Source: Congzhengia sp.
GTDB lineage: Bacteria; Bacillota; Clostridia; UBA1381; UBA9506
DNA: 41,633 nt
Direction: 5' to 3'
Assembly (NCBI GenBank): GCA_045657065.1
Contig: JAZOSI010000051.1
Location: 1-41,633, forward strand
A program made the translations under genes and the position numbers. Below, piece by piece: positions 9,662 to 20,011 of the stretch. Position 1 is the stretch's first letter; each line of letters begins with the position of its first letter. Below the pieces are notes generated by a model. The model saw only the letters and a list, made by a program, of their open reading frames with translations. It searched no databases and was not told where the DNA came from.

Positions 9662-10870
9662 TTATCGGCATTCGCCTGGGGCTAACATTTCCTTTGGAAG
9701 GACTTTTTGTCCTTTCTTCACCCTTGCGCCCTGACCGATTACAGCAATTCCCCACTGATCGCGGTCGGGGTAATCTTCAGGGGGAGCACCGACAACAGCA
9801 CCCTCTTCAATCACAGCATCGTCAGCGACGATTGCATACTGAACTTTTGCGCCTGATTCTATGTGAACATTTCTCATAATAACCGAGTAGTCGATGATTG
9901 CCTCCTTATCCGCTTTTACATCAGAGAAAAGCACCGAATTATTGACCGTTGCCTCAACATCACAACCTTCTGTAATCATAGAGTTTGTGATGGTGGCGTT
10001 ACTGCCGATATAGTGAGGCGTGGTGAGTGAATGTTTGCAGTAAATACGCCATAATGGATCGCCCAGATTCAAGGGAATTGTGGGATTTAAAAGGTCCATA
10101 TTCGCTTCCCACAAATTATCTACTGTACCAACGTCCTTCCAGTAACCGTCAAAAGGATATGCAAACATCTTTTCTCCTGCATTTAACATATTGGGAATGA
10201 TGTTTTTACCAAAGTCGTTAGCAGACGCAGGGTTAGCCTCATCCTCTATCATATATTTTTTGAGTTTTTCCCAAGTGAAAATATACACACCCATTGATGC
10301 TTTTGTTGACTTGGGAACTTTGGGTTTTTCTTCAAATTCATATATGGACAAGTCTTCGTTTGTATTCATAATGCCGAATGCAGAAGCCTGGTCAATGGGA
10401 ACATCCATAACTGCAATTGTGGCATCGGCTCCCTTTTCTTTGTGGAATTTAAGCATTTTTGCGTAGTCCATCTTATATACGTGGTCGCCCGAAAGAATTA
10501 AAACATAAGTAGGAGAGTATTGCTCGATGAACTCTATATTCTGGTAAATTGCATTGGCTGTACCTTTGTACCACTGACCGTCAGAACCTGTAACATAAGG
10601 CGGAAGCACCTGAATACCACCGTTCATACGGTCCAAATCCCAGGGCTGACCTGTGCCGATGTATGCGTTTAATTCCAAAGGCTTATACTGTGTAAGTACA
10701 CCTACTGTGTCAATGCCTGAGTTTGTGCAGTTTGACAGAGTAAAGTCAATAATGCGATACTTCCCGCCGAAAGGTACTGCGGGTTTTGCACGGCTTGATG
10801 TTAAGACGTAGAGTCTGCTGCCCTGACCGCCGGCTAGGAGCATTGCAATCATCTCTTTTTTTAGTTTCAT
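9662..10870 (-). CDS. glgC: Glucose-1-phosphate adenylyltransferase
   Basis: [31 protein letters not shown] and YWKDVGT. Confidence 0.97.
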   Translation of the reverse strand: MKLKKEMIAMLLAGGQGSRLYVLTSSRAKPAVPFGGKYRIIDFTLSNCTNSGIDTVGVLTQYKPLELNAYIGTGQPWDLDRMNGGIQVLPPYVTGSDGQWYKGTANAIYQNIEFIEQYSPTYVLILSGDHVYKMDYAKMLKFHKEKGADATIAVMDVPIDQASAFGIMNTNEDLSIYEFEEKPKVPKSTKASMGVYIFTWEKLKKYMIEDEANPASANDFGKNIIPNMLNAGEKMFAYPFDGYWKDVGTVDNLWEANMDLLNPTIPLNLGDPLWRIYCKHSLTTPHYIGSNATITNSMITEGCDVEATVNNSVLFSDVKADKEAIIDYSVIMRNVHIESGAKVQYAIVADDAVIEEGAVVGAPPEDYPDRDQWGIAVIGQGARVKKGQKVLPKEMLAPGECR

Positions 10871-10901
10871 TCGTTACGCCTCCTGATAATGTATTGTGAA
10901 T

Positions 10902-12791
10902 TTATTTTGTTTTTTTATTGGGTTTCTTTTTGTAAAAGTAAACAGTGGAAAAAGGCGGGACAGTAACAGATATATGAAAATTTTGTCCGTTCCATTCACC
11001 TTTTTTGGCTGTGATTTTTCCGTTTTTAATTCCGCTTCCGCCAAAGGTTTCATCGTCTGATGAAAATACTTCGGTATAAACACCCGAACGGGGCACGCCG
11101 ATTTTGTAGTTTTCCTGTTTTACGGATGAAAAATTCGACACTGAAAGCAGAGAGTTTCCGTCCTTGTCGTGGCGGAAAAATGCAATCACATTGTTTATAT
11201 TGTCGTCTACTGTTGCCCAGGAAAATCCTTCCCAGGATTTATCGACCTCAAACATAGCGGGAGTTTTTAAGTAGAAATTTGCAAGTGATTTATAAAATTC
11301 CTGCTGTTTTTTGTGGGCGTCGTAGGAAAGTAAATTCCAGTCAAGCTCTGCTTCTTCGTTCCATTCTATAAACTGTCCCAGTTCTGCGCCCATAAAGATA
11401 AGCTTCTTTCCGGGATGAGCGTACATATAAGATAGATATGCACGAAGATTGGAAAACTTGTCTACATATTCGCCCGGCATTTTAGAAAGTAGTGAACATT
11501 TTCCGTGAACAACCTCATCGTGAGAAAGGGGCAGAATGAAATTTTCTGAAAATGCGTAGGTCATAGAGAAGGTCAGCTTATCGTGAACGCCTTTTCTGAA
11601 AAATGGGTCCTGCGACATATAAAGGAGAGAGTCGTTCATCCATCCCATATTCCATTTGTAGTTAAAACCAAGTCCGTCCACATCGGCAGGATAGGTAATC
11701 AAAGGCCATGTGGTAGATTCTTCTGCAATCATCAGAGCTTCGGGAAAACACTCAAACACACGGGTATTGAGCTTTTGCAGGAAGTCTTTTGCCTCTAAAT
11801 TTCCGTTTCCCCCGAATTCGTTGGGAGTCCATTCGCCGTCGCGTTTTCCGTAGTCAAGGTAAAGCATTGAAGCTACTGCATCAACGCGAAGACCGTCTAT
11901 GTGGTATTTTTCAAGCCAGAAGCAAGCATTTGAAATTAAGAAACACCTTACTTCGTTTCTGCCATAGTCAAAAATCCTTGTGCCCCAGTCGGGATGCTCG
12001 CGTTTTTTGGGGTCAGCGTATTCATAACAGCTTGTGCCGTCAAAGTCTGCCAATCCGTGAGCATCTTTTGGGAAATGCGCGGGAACCCAGTCTAAAATTA
12101 CGCCGATACCTTCCTTGTGACAGGCGTCTACAAACTTCATAAAATCTTTCGGTGTTCCGTAGCGTGATGTAGGCGCATAGTACCCTGTTACCTGATATCC
12201 CCAGGACTTGTCGTAGGGGTATTCGCTCATGGGCATAAGCTCAATATGTGTAAATCCCATTTCCTTTGCGTAGGGGATGAGTTCTTCTGCCATTTTGTCA
12301 TAGGAAAAAACCTCGCCGTCAGGGTATCTTCTCCAGGAACCGAAATGCACCTCATAAATATTGAGAGGGCGTGAAAAATCATTACCTGAACGGGTACTCA
12401 TCCATTTTTTGTCGCCCCAGCGATAGCCCTCAATGTCATATATCTTTGATGCGGTTTCGGGCTTTGTTTCGCTGTGGAAAGCATAGGGGTCTGCTTTGTG
12501 AAGAGTTCGGCCGTCACGGGTGACTATTACGAATTTATAGGAATCAAATTCTTTTACGCCGTCTATAATACACTCGTAGATACCGCCGTTTGTTATTCTG
12601 TAGGCTTCATAGGCGTAATCGTTCCAATCGCAAAAAGCCCCTGTCACAAACACTTGAGAAGCGTTCGGGGCCCAAGTTCTGAAAACGCACTTGTCGTCTC
12701 CGATAAAATGCGCACCAAGATAATCAAAAGCACGGTAGTTTGTGCCTTCGTGGAACAGATATTCTGCCAGGTTGTTGTCATTGATGTTCAT
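10902..12791 (-). CDS. glgB: 1,4-alpha-glucan branching enzyme
   Basis: SWGYQVTGYY, DWVPAHF, DGLRVDAVASMLY, IAEEST and LSHDEVVHGK. The stop overlaps the minus-strand peptide that leads to glgC. Confidence 0.97.
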   Translation of the reverse strand: MNINDNNLAEYLFHEGTNYRAFDYLGAHFIGDDKCVFRTWAPNASQVFVTGAFCDWNDYAYEAYRITNGGIYECIIDGVKEFDSYKFVIVTRDGRTLHKADPYAFHSETKPETASKIYDIEGYRWGDKKWMSTRSGNDFSRPLNIYEVHFGSWRRYPDGEVFSYDKMAEELIPYAKEMGFTHIELMPMSEYPYDKSWGYQVTGYYAPTSRYGTPKDFMKFVDACHKEGIGVILDWVPAHFPKDAHGLADFDGTSCYEYADPKKREHPDWGTRIFDYGRNEVRCFLISNACFWLEKYHIDGLRVDAVASMLYLDYGKRDGEWTPNEFGGNGNLEAKDFLQKLNTRVFECFPEALMIAEESTTWPLITYPADVDGLGFNYKWNMGWMNDSLLYMSQDPFFRKGVHDKLTFSMTYAFSENFILPLSHDEVVHGKCSLLSKMPGEYVDKFSNLRAYLSYMYAHPGKKLIFMGAELGQFIEWNEEAELDWNLLSYDAHKKQQEFYKSLANFYLKTPAMFEVDKSWEGFSWATVDDNINNVIAFFRHDKDGNSLLSVSNFSSVKQENYKIGVPRSGVYTEVFSSDDETFGGSGIKNGKITAKKGEWNGQNFHISVTVPPFSTVYFYKKKPNKKTK

Positions 12792-12974
12792 ATATTAAAT
12801 CCTCCGTGGAACAAATAATCATACCATTTATATATTATATAATTAGTATATCATAGTACATATTGAAAATAAAGAGATTTGTAATATTTTAATAATTTTT
12901 TTATAAACTTTGTGAATTTTTTATAAAAAATCTACAAAAACTTGGTAACAATTTAAGGTTTAAACAACTCCTAT

Positions 12975-13003
12975 TTGACAAAAAACAATATTAGTAGTAT
13001 TCT
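12975..13003 (+). promoter_or_regulatory. Sigma-A-like promoter for the GH13 gene
   Basis: TTGACA (12975), 17 nt, TATTCT (12998). Confidence 0.65.
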
Positions 13004-13039
13004 TTTTATGTAAAAAAATATGCCAAGGGGGAACATGAA

Positions 13040-14863
13040 ATGGAAAGAATAATATACAATTCGAAGCAAGAAGAATATAAATGCCCTTTTGGTGCCATCG
13101 AAACACACGAATTATGCACATTCAGCATAGATATAAACAAAGCGGAATCCCCCGAAACAGTAACGCTCTGTATGCGCGAAGACGAAAAGAGCGAGTGTTC
13201 GTCGTACAAAATGGATTTTGTGGAGGAAAGAGGAGACTTTCTGCGGTATTCCTGCAAAGTTTCTTTTGAAAAGGCAGGACTATACTTTTATCGTTTTGAA
13301 TTTACTTGCAATGAGGGTACAAGGTTTTGCGGTGAGCGTGACGGGAAAGCTTTTGTTGAGGATTGGCTCTCCGAGTGGCAGTTGACCGTGTATGATAAGA
13401 ATTTTAAAACACCCGACTGGGCGAAAAATAAAGTTATGTATCAGATTTTTCCTGACAGATTCTGCCGTAGCCAGAATTTCAGTTACCTCCCATCTGTAAA
13501 TGAAAGAAAAATTGTCGATGACTGGTATGCAGTTCCTGAAACACAGGGAAAAGACTTTTTTATGGGAAACATCAGGGGTATTATCGAAAGACTTTCCTAT
13601 ATAAAGGAAATGGGTGTTGACATAATATACTTAAATCCCATCTTTGAAAGTCCCGAAAATCACCGTTACAGTACGGGTGATTATATGAAGATAGACCCCT
13701 ATCTTGGAACGAATGAAGATTTTCGTGAACTTTGTTGCAAGGCGGAAGAACTGGGTATAAAAGTGATTTTAGACGGTGTTTTTTCCCATACGGGAGCAGA
13801 CAGCAGGTATTTCAATAAATTTTCTCATTACGACAGCATTGGCGCTTGGCAGGGCGAAAGCTCGCCCTACTATAAATGGTACAATTTCAACCAGAGCGCA
13901 GTAGGCTATGAATGTTGGTGGGGATTTGAAAATCTTCCCAATGTGAACGAAACCCACCCCGATTACCTTGAATTCATTACGGGGGATACGGGTGTTTTAC
14001 CCTACTGGCAGGATCAGGGTGCATCAGGTTGGAGACTTGATGTGGCAGACGAATTGCCCGATGAATTTTTGGACGCTCTTCGCTCGCGTGTCAAAAAGAC
14101 CGACGAAAACGCGCTCATTATCGGAGAAGTGTGGGAAGATGCTACAAATAAATTTGCTTATGGCATAAGGCGCAGATACCTTTTGGGCGAACAGCTCGAC
14201 TCCGTTATGAATTACCCCTGGCGAAATGCCATAATTGATTATGTGAAATACGGTGATGCACAGGGATTAAAAGATGAAATTCTGACGATTGAGGAAAATT
14301 ACCCCAAGCCTGCTATTGATTGCCTCATGAATATAATATCAACCCACGACACCGAGCGCATCATAAATGCTATTGGGGTAGACAACCAACCCGAAAGAAG
14401 CGTGGCAAAGGATTATATTTTGTCATCAGATGAATGGGAAAAAGGAAAACAGGGCGTGTATTTTGCGTTCTTTCTGCTTTTTGCATTACCCGGAATTTCC
14501 TGCATATATTACGGCGATGAAGTAGGGCTTGATGGTTTCCGTGACCCGTACTGCCGAAAAGGATACCCTTACGGGCGGGAAGATTTTGAAGTTTTTGAAT
14601 TTGTAAAAGAATTGTCAGCGCTTAAAAGAAAATACCCTGATAATTTTTCAGAACTTATAAAAGATATAACAATCCAAAACAAGGCTCTTTGTTTTATGCG
14701 CGGTGACCTTTTATTCTGTATAAATGTGGGAGAAAATGACGAAAATATTAAAATCGACGGTGAATTTGTAACAATTTTAGGCAGAAACACGCCCGAAATT
14801 GTAAACGAAATATTAACAATTCCAAAAAAATCATACAGTATATTTTTACGAAAAACCCGATAA
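13040..14863 (+). CDS. GH13 amylopullulanase/neopullulanase-like glycogen debranching enzyme
   Basis: YQIFPDRF, LDGVFSHTG, GWRLDVADE, GEVWEDA and STHDT conserved regions; divergent from glgB. Confidence 0.9.
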   Translation: MERIIYNSKQEEYKCPFGAIETHELCTFSIDINKAESPETVTLCMREDEKSECSSYKMDFVEERGDFLRYSCKVSFEKAGLYFYRFEFTCNEGTRFCGERDGKAFVEDWLSEWQLTVYDKNFKTPDWAKNKVMYQIFPDRFCRSQNFSYLPSVNERKIVDDWYAVPETQGKDFFMGNIRGIIERLSYIKEMGVDIIYLNPIFESPENHRYSTGDYMKIDPYLGTNEDFRELCCKAEELGIKVILDGVFSHTGADSRYFNKFSHYDSIGAWQGESSPYYKWYNFNQSAVGYECWWGFENLPNVNETHPDYLEFITGDTGVLPYWQDQGASGWRLDVADELPDEFLDALRSRVKKTDENALIIGEVWEDATNKFAYGIRRRYLLGEQLDSVMNYPWRNAIIDYVKYGDAQGLKDEILTIEENYPKPAIDCLMNIISTHDTERIINAIGVDNQPERSVAKDYILSSDEWEKGKQGVYFAFFLLFALPGISCIYYGDEVGLDGFRDPYCRKGYPYGREDFEVFEFVKELSALKRKYPDNFSELIKDITIQNKALCFMRGDLLFCINVGENDENIKIDGEFVTILGRNTPEIVNEILTIPKKSYSIFLRKTR

Positions 14864-14920
14864 CAATCGGGTTTTTCTTGTTTTTCCATTTATTGTAACA
14901 ATAAATTAACATAAAAAAAC

Positions 14921-14980
14921 TTGATTTTTTCGAACAAATGTAGTATATTAGATTTAACAACTTTGTAATAATTTTGTAAT
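14921..14980 (+). promoter_or_regulatory. Promoter plus WalR-type direct repeat upstream of the M23 peptidase
   Basis: TTGATT-17-TATATT (14921-14949); TGTAAT-aattt-TGTAAT (14964-14980) matches TGTWAH-N5-TGTWAH. Confidence 0.55.
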
Positions 14981-15025
14981 TGTTACATAAAATATTGTTG
15001 TAAGAAAAAAATCAAGGGTGGTTAA

Positions 15026-16432
15026 ATGTTAAAAATCAAAAGTTCAGCAGCGGCAAATATCCATGCAATGCTGAAAAGATACATAAAGCGTGCTTTTTGT
15101 ATCAGAAAAACAAAGACATACGCCATAAGAAAAAGAAGTCGTATGTCAGCGGCAATCATTTCCACATCATTTTTAATAGGTCTTGCGGTATTTTCTGCTA
15201 ACTTCAGTATCGGTTATACTGTAATGGTGGAAGATAAGGTAGTGGGAACTGTTGCTACAAAAAGTGAATATTACGAAGTATTAGATGAAGTAAAGACAGA
15301 AGTAGAAACAATTTCAGATATTGAATTTGCACCGAAAGCAGAAGTTTTCAGCGTAGAAATAATATCAAAAGATGATTTCACAGAAAAAGAAGAGCTTATC
15401 GACAATATAAAAGCAACCTCTGAAGAAATGACAGAAGCTTTTATCATAACATCGGATGGTAAATTCGTTGTAGCGCTTACCACGGAAGAAGAAGCGAATG
15501 CCTTGGTACAAAGTTACCTTGAAAAGTTCAAAGAAGGGGAAAATGTAGAAGTTTCCTATGCAACTGAGGTAAAAGTTGAAGCAGGCCACGCTCCGAAAGC
15601 GGAAGTTCTGAATTTGGAAACTGCTCAGGAAAAATTTGCACTGGGTGAATGTATCATTCATACAGTAGCCGAAGAAGAAACAGTGCAGACAATAGCAGAA
15701 CGCTATGCTGTATCAGAAGAAAAGTTAGTCGCAGATAATGAAATTTCAGAGCTTGCAGTCAGCGATACATTAAAAGTTTACACCGAAAAGCCCATTATTC
15801 CCATAAAGACAGTGGAATATATTGACGGCGAAATTGATATTCCTTATGAGATTATCGAAAAAGAAGACCCGACAATTTACGAAGGTCAGAAAAGAATTGA
15901 AACCGCAGGCGTAAACGGCAAAAAATACTTAAACGCATATATAACCCGTGTAAACGGAATAATACTTCAGGAAAACATAATAAAATCAGAAGAAATCACA
16001 GCCCCCACGGCAGCGGTTGTTCTGGTAGGAACCAAAACACCTCCTCCGTCGGTGGGAACGAAAGAGTTCATAATGCCTGCCAGCGGACGCCTTTCCTCAA
16101 CTTTTGGCAGACGCTGGGGCAGAACTCACGAAGGACTTGATATTGCAGCCGTTACAGGCACAAAGATAGTTGCAGCTGATAACGGTATTGTTATAGAAGC
16201 AGGATTTAAGAATAACGGATATGGCAATATAGTGAAGATAGACCATCAGAATGGGTTTGTCACATACTATGCTCATTGCTCAAAAGTCTATGTCAACGAG
16301 GGCGATGTGGTTGCAAAAGGCGATAAAATTGCCGCAGTTGGTAACACAGGCCGTTCCACAGGTCCCCATCTTCACTTTGAAATAAGAGAAAACGGAACAC
16401 CGCACAATCCGTTTAATTATATTGAAAGATAA
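15026..16432 (+). CDS. M23 family peptidoglycan endopeptidase with LysM and G5 domains
   Basis: N-terminal TM segment, LysM-like HTVAEEETVQTIAERY, G5-like region, and M23 zinc motifs HEGLD, YAHC and GPHLHFE. Confidence 0.92.
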   Translation: MLKIKSSAAANIHAMLKRYIKRAFCIRKTKTYAIRKRSRMSAAIISTSFLIGLAVFSANFSIGYTVMVEDKVVGTVATKSEYYEVLDEVKTEVETISDIEFAPKAEVFSVEIISKDDFTEKEELIDNIKATSEEMTEAFIITSDGKFVVALTTEEEANALVQSYLEKFKEGENVEVSYATEVKVEAGHAPKAEVLNLETAQEKFALGECIIHTVAEEETVQTIAERYAVSEEKLVADNEISELAVSDTLKVYTEKPIIPIKTVEYIDGEIDIPYEIIEKEDPTIYEGQKRIETAGVNGKKYLNAYITRVNGIILQENIIKSEEITAPTAAVVLVGTKTPPPSVGTKEFIMPASGRLSSTFGRRWGRTHEGLDIAAVTGTKIVAADNGIVIEAGFKNNGYGNIVKIDHQNGFVTYYAHCSKVYVNEGDVVAKGDKIAAVGNTGRSTGPHLHFEIRENGTPHNPFNYIER

Positions 16433-16473
16433 AAATGATGAGTAGTGCCACAGCACTACTCATCATTTTTTTT
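16432..16473. terminator. Bidirectional terminator between the M23 gene and spoVM
   Basis: Perfect stem aaaaatgatgagtagtgc-caca-gcactactcatcattttt. Confidence 0.9.
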
Positions 16474-16539
16474 GATTTTAAAAATACTCCGTAACAACCC
16501 GGTGATAACTTTTGGAAACTGCAAAACAACAATCTTCAT
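16456..16539 (-). CDS. spoVM: Stage V sporulation protein M (27 aa; absent from ORF track)
   Basis: Hand translation MKIVVLQFPKVITGLLRSIFKIKKNDE; Pro9 and amphipathic helix as in SpoVM; aggagg RBS. Confidence 0.85.
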   Translation of the reverse strand: MKIVVLQFPKVITGLLRSIFKIKKNDE

Positions 16540-16560
16540 AAAAGACCTCCTGACTATGTA

Positions 16561-16707
16561 TTAACCGCACAAAATGCAAAAAGCAATAAAGACCAAAAGA
16601 GCACATTGCATTATTACAAGCCATATAGCAGGAAGGAGTAATCCTGCAAAAAGCCCGAAAGAAAAAACTCCTGCAATTAAAGCTAATAATCTGCAAGTTA
16701 TGTGCAT
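16561..16707 (-). CDS. 48-aa hydrophobic small membrane protein (absent from ORF track)
   Basis: MHITCRLLALIAGVFSFGLFAGLLLPAIWLVIMQCALLVFIAFCILCG; RBS aaagggtg; ends 21 nt before spoVM. Confidence 0.7.
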   Translation of the reverse strand: MHITCRLLALIAGVFSFGLFAGLLLPAIWLVIMQCALLVFIAFCILCG

Positions 16708-16737
16708 CTTTTATCACCCTTTCGCTTTCTATACTGC

Positions 16738-16768
16738 ATTATATGTAAATTTTCAAAAAGTGTTATAA
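16738..16768 (-). promoter_or_regulatory. Putative mother-cell (sigma-E/K type) promoter
   Basis: Minus strand ttataac...CATATAAT (16745-16738) upstream of the small ORF-spoVM pair. Confidence 0.5.
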
Positions 16769-19087
16769 ATTTTTTTCTAATTTACATACGCACACAGTTA
16801 AATCGTCGGTTGCGATGCCTCCTGAACGGGCAAGAGCCAAGTCCAAAATCTTTTGGGAAAGCTCATCGGGGTTATCGTAAACTTTACAAAGTTCAAAAAT
16901 TTCGTTTTTGTCAGGACGGTCTAAGCAATCAGTAATTCCGTCTGATGCCAAAATCAAAGTGTCCCCTGACTTAAGATATTTTATTGAAAAATCCGCATCG
17001 GGCGAAGAAATCAGACCTGCAGGTAGTGATGAGGAAGAAATTGTTATTTCTTCTTTTTCTTGCTTTATATATGAGGGTGCAGCACCTGTTTTTACAAATT
17101 CTGCAATTCCCGAGTATAAATTCACTACGCATAAATCCACAGTAGCAAAAGTCTCGCGGTCGGCATTTGTCATCAATATATTATTTATAAGTCGTACACA
17201 AGTCTGGGTGGAAAAACCTGATGTCAGGAGTTTTTTTGCCAATGTCACCGCCACATTGCTCTGAAAAGCTGCCGCCTCTCCGCTGCCCATACCGTCGGAC
17301 AAGACAATGGCAAGCTTGCCTGTGCCGAATGTAAAGTATGTACAGTTATCGCCGCAGAAAGCAGAGTTTTTACGGGGAAGCGATGCAAGGGACAAAACAG
17401 GCGTGAGCTCTGTTTTCTGGCTGTATATAAGCTTTTCTGTATTGGCAGTTGTTAATACCATAGGCACATCAAAAATGTCGGTAAGTTCTTCTGCAATTTT
17501 TTCTTCTGCATTTGAATTTATGTAAAAATCAGGGTTATGAATTTCTACCATAAAACCGTCGGCACAAAAAATCCTGACACCTGATGTGGTTACACCGATT
17601 TTATCTAATGCGGTGAGAATTTTTGTTTCTGTGTTATGAGAAATTGCAGTCTTTTCCAGCAAATTTTCCTGAATATCCTTTAAAATCATAGAGATATTTT
17701 TAAATTGCTCGACAACTAGTTTTTTACCTTCTGCCACTTTTCCCGACCACATTTTTGTAACTTTGTAGGCTTCAAAATTCTTATTAAGCTCGGTCAAAAA
17801 TCCGTCACATCTGATGCACATATCGGAAAAATCTTTTGGAACATCGCTTTTCCTAAGTGTGCTTTTCTTTTCCATGGAGGACATAAGTTCGGAAAGTAAC
17901 GAAAGACTTTTTTCTTTGTCCTTATGCCAGCAAAAACGGCACAGAGAACAGTTTTTACACACTGTATCCACAGTATTCTGAAAGACGGTGTTGCGGTCGG
18001 CGACTTCTATTTCACAACCCTCTTTTACAATGCCTGTGAAGATATCAGACACAGAATCTACTGTACTTATGGCATCACTAAAGCTTATTTTTACCTCTTC
18101 TTTTATGCGGGTTTCTTTTCTTTTAGTATTTTGGGGGTTGGCTGAGGCTGTGCCAAATGAGTAAATAAACTTATCAGGAATAAAGTACAACAAAATGCAT
18201 GATGCCGCAACGTACGATACGGCGATAAAACCGCTTGATTCGGGCGAAAGTAATATGGTGACAAAAAAAGTGCAAAAAGCAAAAATTCCCGAAACCGAAA
18301 GTCTTCCGTAGCGCGAAACCAACCCCGAGAACAGAGAGGACAATGTATATGAACAAACTGCCTGTGCAGGAAATGCTGATGCCAACCCCAAGGATAACCC
18401 CAGTACTGCGCCTGCAGGAGTAGAAATTGAAAAACCGCAGGAAAGGCTTAAGAATAAAATACAGAAAGTGGCCATGATGTGTGCAAGGGGAACGAGATTT
18501 TCCACCAGTGATATGCTCAAGACACAGCAGGCAATCAAAATTACCAAAGACACGATTTCTTTGGGTTCAAAAATTTTTCGTGATGTAATGTTGGAAAGAC
18601 ACCCTGCTCCTGAAGAAAATATAAAGAACGAAAGGTAACACACCCCGCACTCCATTAGAAGAAGCAGTATGTCGTATAGGAAGAAACCCTCTACCATCAC
18701 ATAGACTCCGCCGTTTAAAAACAGGGCAGAAGACGAAAGAATAGCCACAAGTCTTTGGTTTGACTTTAGTTCCTTGGAAAAAATAATAATAACAGACATT
18801 ATTATAAGAAGTGTGCCTATGTACTTAAAGTAGAAAGTGGGGTACCCTGAAAGGATTGCGCCAAGGGCAGAAAAAATCACATAAGAGGGACGGCGGTTTC
18901 TGTAAAAAAGTACAGAAAAAAACGCTACCCCAAAAGGCGATACCAGATATTCCATAAAACAAATACGGCAAAGCAAAAGCAAAATTACATTTTCTAAAAG
19001 CTCTGTTCTTGTCATAATGTTAAATGCTTCCTTAAGTGAAAAAGTTCTCATAGTATTTTTCGCAGTTTCTAATTGTTGTTTCATCAT
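16763..19087 (-). CDS. spoIIE: Stage II sporulation protein E (membrane PP2C phosphatase)
   Basis: About 10 TM helices, CKNCSLCRFCW motif, PP2C motifs CGD, LSDGMGSG, FATVD, SDG and DDLT; ggagg RBS before ATG 19087. Confidence 0.93.
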   Translation of the reverse strand: MMKQQLETAKNTMRTFSLKEAFNIMTRTELLENVILLLLCRICFMEYLVSPFGVAFFSVLFYRNRRPSYVIFSALGAILSGYPTFYFKYIGTLLIIMSVIIIFSKELKSNQRLVAILSSSALFLNGGVYVMVEGFFLYDILLLLMECGVCYLSFFIFSSGAGCLSNITSRKIFEPKEIVSLVILIACCVLSISLVENLVPLAHIMATFCILFLSLSCGFSISTPAGAVLGLSLGLASAFPAQAVCSYTLSSLFSGLVSRYGRLSVSGIFAFCTFFVTILLSPESSGFIAVSYVAASCILLYFIPDKFIYSFGTASANPQNTKRKETRIKEEVKISFSDAISTVDSVSDIFTGIVKEGCEIEVADRNTVFQNTVDTVCKNCSLCRFCWHKDKEKSLSLLSELMSSMEKKSTLRKSDVPKDFSDMCIRCDGFLTELNKNFEAYKVTKMWSGKVAEGKKLVVEQFKNISMILKDIQENLLEKTAISHNTETKILTALDKIGVTTSGVRIFCADGFMVEIHNPDFYINSNAEEKIAEELTDIFDVPMVLTTANTEKLIYSQKTELTPVLSLASLPRKNSAFCGDNCTYFTFGTGKLAIVLSDGMGSGEAAAFQSNVAVTLAKKLLTSGFSTQTCVRLINNILMTNADRETFATVDLCVVNLYSGIAEFVKTGAAPSYIKQEKEEITISSSSLPAGLISSPDADFSIKYLKSGDTLILASDGITDCLDRPDKNEIFELCKVYDNPDELSQKILDLALARSGGIATDDLTVCVCKLEKNL

Positions 19088-19115
19088 TTGTGCCTCCAAA
19101 TCTTAATTTATTTCC

Positions 19116-19265
19116 ATTATATACCAATTTATGGGAGAAAAATGTAAATATTTGGAAAGACACTCCTTGTTTTTTTCGACAAAAAAAGAGTTTTAGAAAC
19201 TAAAACTCTTTAAAAAATGCATATATTTTATTGTTTTTTGGGGGAATGTGCGACATTCAGTCGCA
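19116..19265 (-). promoter_or_regulatory. spoIIE promoter with Spo0A boxes
   Basis: TATAAT (19121-19116); perfect 0A box TGTCGAA (19181-19175); near matches TGTCGCA (19255-19249) and AGTCGCA (19259-19265, + strand). Confidence 0.7.
19184..19212 (-). terminator. Probable terminator of the PHP-ending operon
   Basis: aaagagttttag-aaa-ctaaaactcttt hairpin with a T run on the minus strand. Confidence 0.65.
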
Positions 19266-19273
19266 TATTGCGA

Positions 19274-19993
19274 TTATTTGTACGAATATTTCAAAGCATT
19301 GATTAACGCCTGTGTCGTAGGCTCGAGTAACTCTATTGGATTTTCCTTTTCATAGAATGTATCTAAATAGTGTGAATCAGAGTCCGTGATGATATTGTAC
19401 TTTTCAAGGTATGGGTAAAGAGAAAGACACTCTTCTTTTGTGATATTTTTTGAAATTTCCACCGTTGTAAAGCATAAATCATCAGGCACAAACCCTAAGT
19501 TTGAAATAACACTGTATGAGCTTCTGTCCACATGGGCAGGGATTATTACGGCAGGGAGTGTGTCTATTTTTTTCTTTACATCATAGATGGAAACCCCGGT
19601 TGCTACCACCAGAAGATTTTCTTCCGTTCCTGTCACTTCGTCGTTTTCGTCCATATACTGCTGCTCACCGAAGATTTCGGGGCGGTTTTTGTGAGTTGCT
19701 TTGTACGGAGCGAGCCATTCATCAAACTCACGGGCAATATCAATATTTTCAAAAAGGCACAGAAAATGTACTTCTTCTGATGTTTCCAACTCCATAGCGG
19801 GAACAACCGTTATGGGAAGATCACTTGCTACTTTCATACAGGCTTCAACATTTCCTATGGAGTTATGGTCGGCAACAGCAATAATATCAAGCCCCGAAAG
19901 GCACGCCATATTGACGATGTTGTTCGGTGTCATATCAGTGTCACCGCAGGGAGATAAGGCGGAATGAATGTGCAAATCACAGTAATATTTCAT
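19274..19993 (-). CDS. PHP domain metal-dependent phosphoesterase
   Basis: DLHIHSALSPC, ADHN, PAHVDR and SDSH. Confidence 0.9.
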   Translation of the reverse strand: MKYYCDLHIHSALSPCGDTDMTPNNIVNMACLSGLDIIAVADHNSIGNVEACMKVASDLPITVVPAMELETSEEVHFLCLFENIDIAREFDEWLAPYKATHKNRPEIFGEQQYMDENDEVTGTEENLLVVATGVSIYDVKKKIDTLPAVIIPAHVDRSSYSVISNLGFVPDDLCFTTVEISKNITKEECLSLYPYLEKYNIITDSDSHYLDTFYEKENPIELLEPTTQALINALKYSYK

Positions 19994-20011
19994 TTTGCCA
20001 CCTCCGATAAA

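Noticed and set aside
16478-16717. 79-aa ORF from the track
   Set aside because: Wrong frame; two better ORFs with RBSs (48-aa protein and spoVM) occupy this region.
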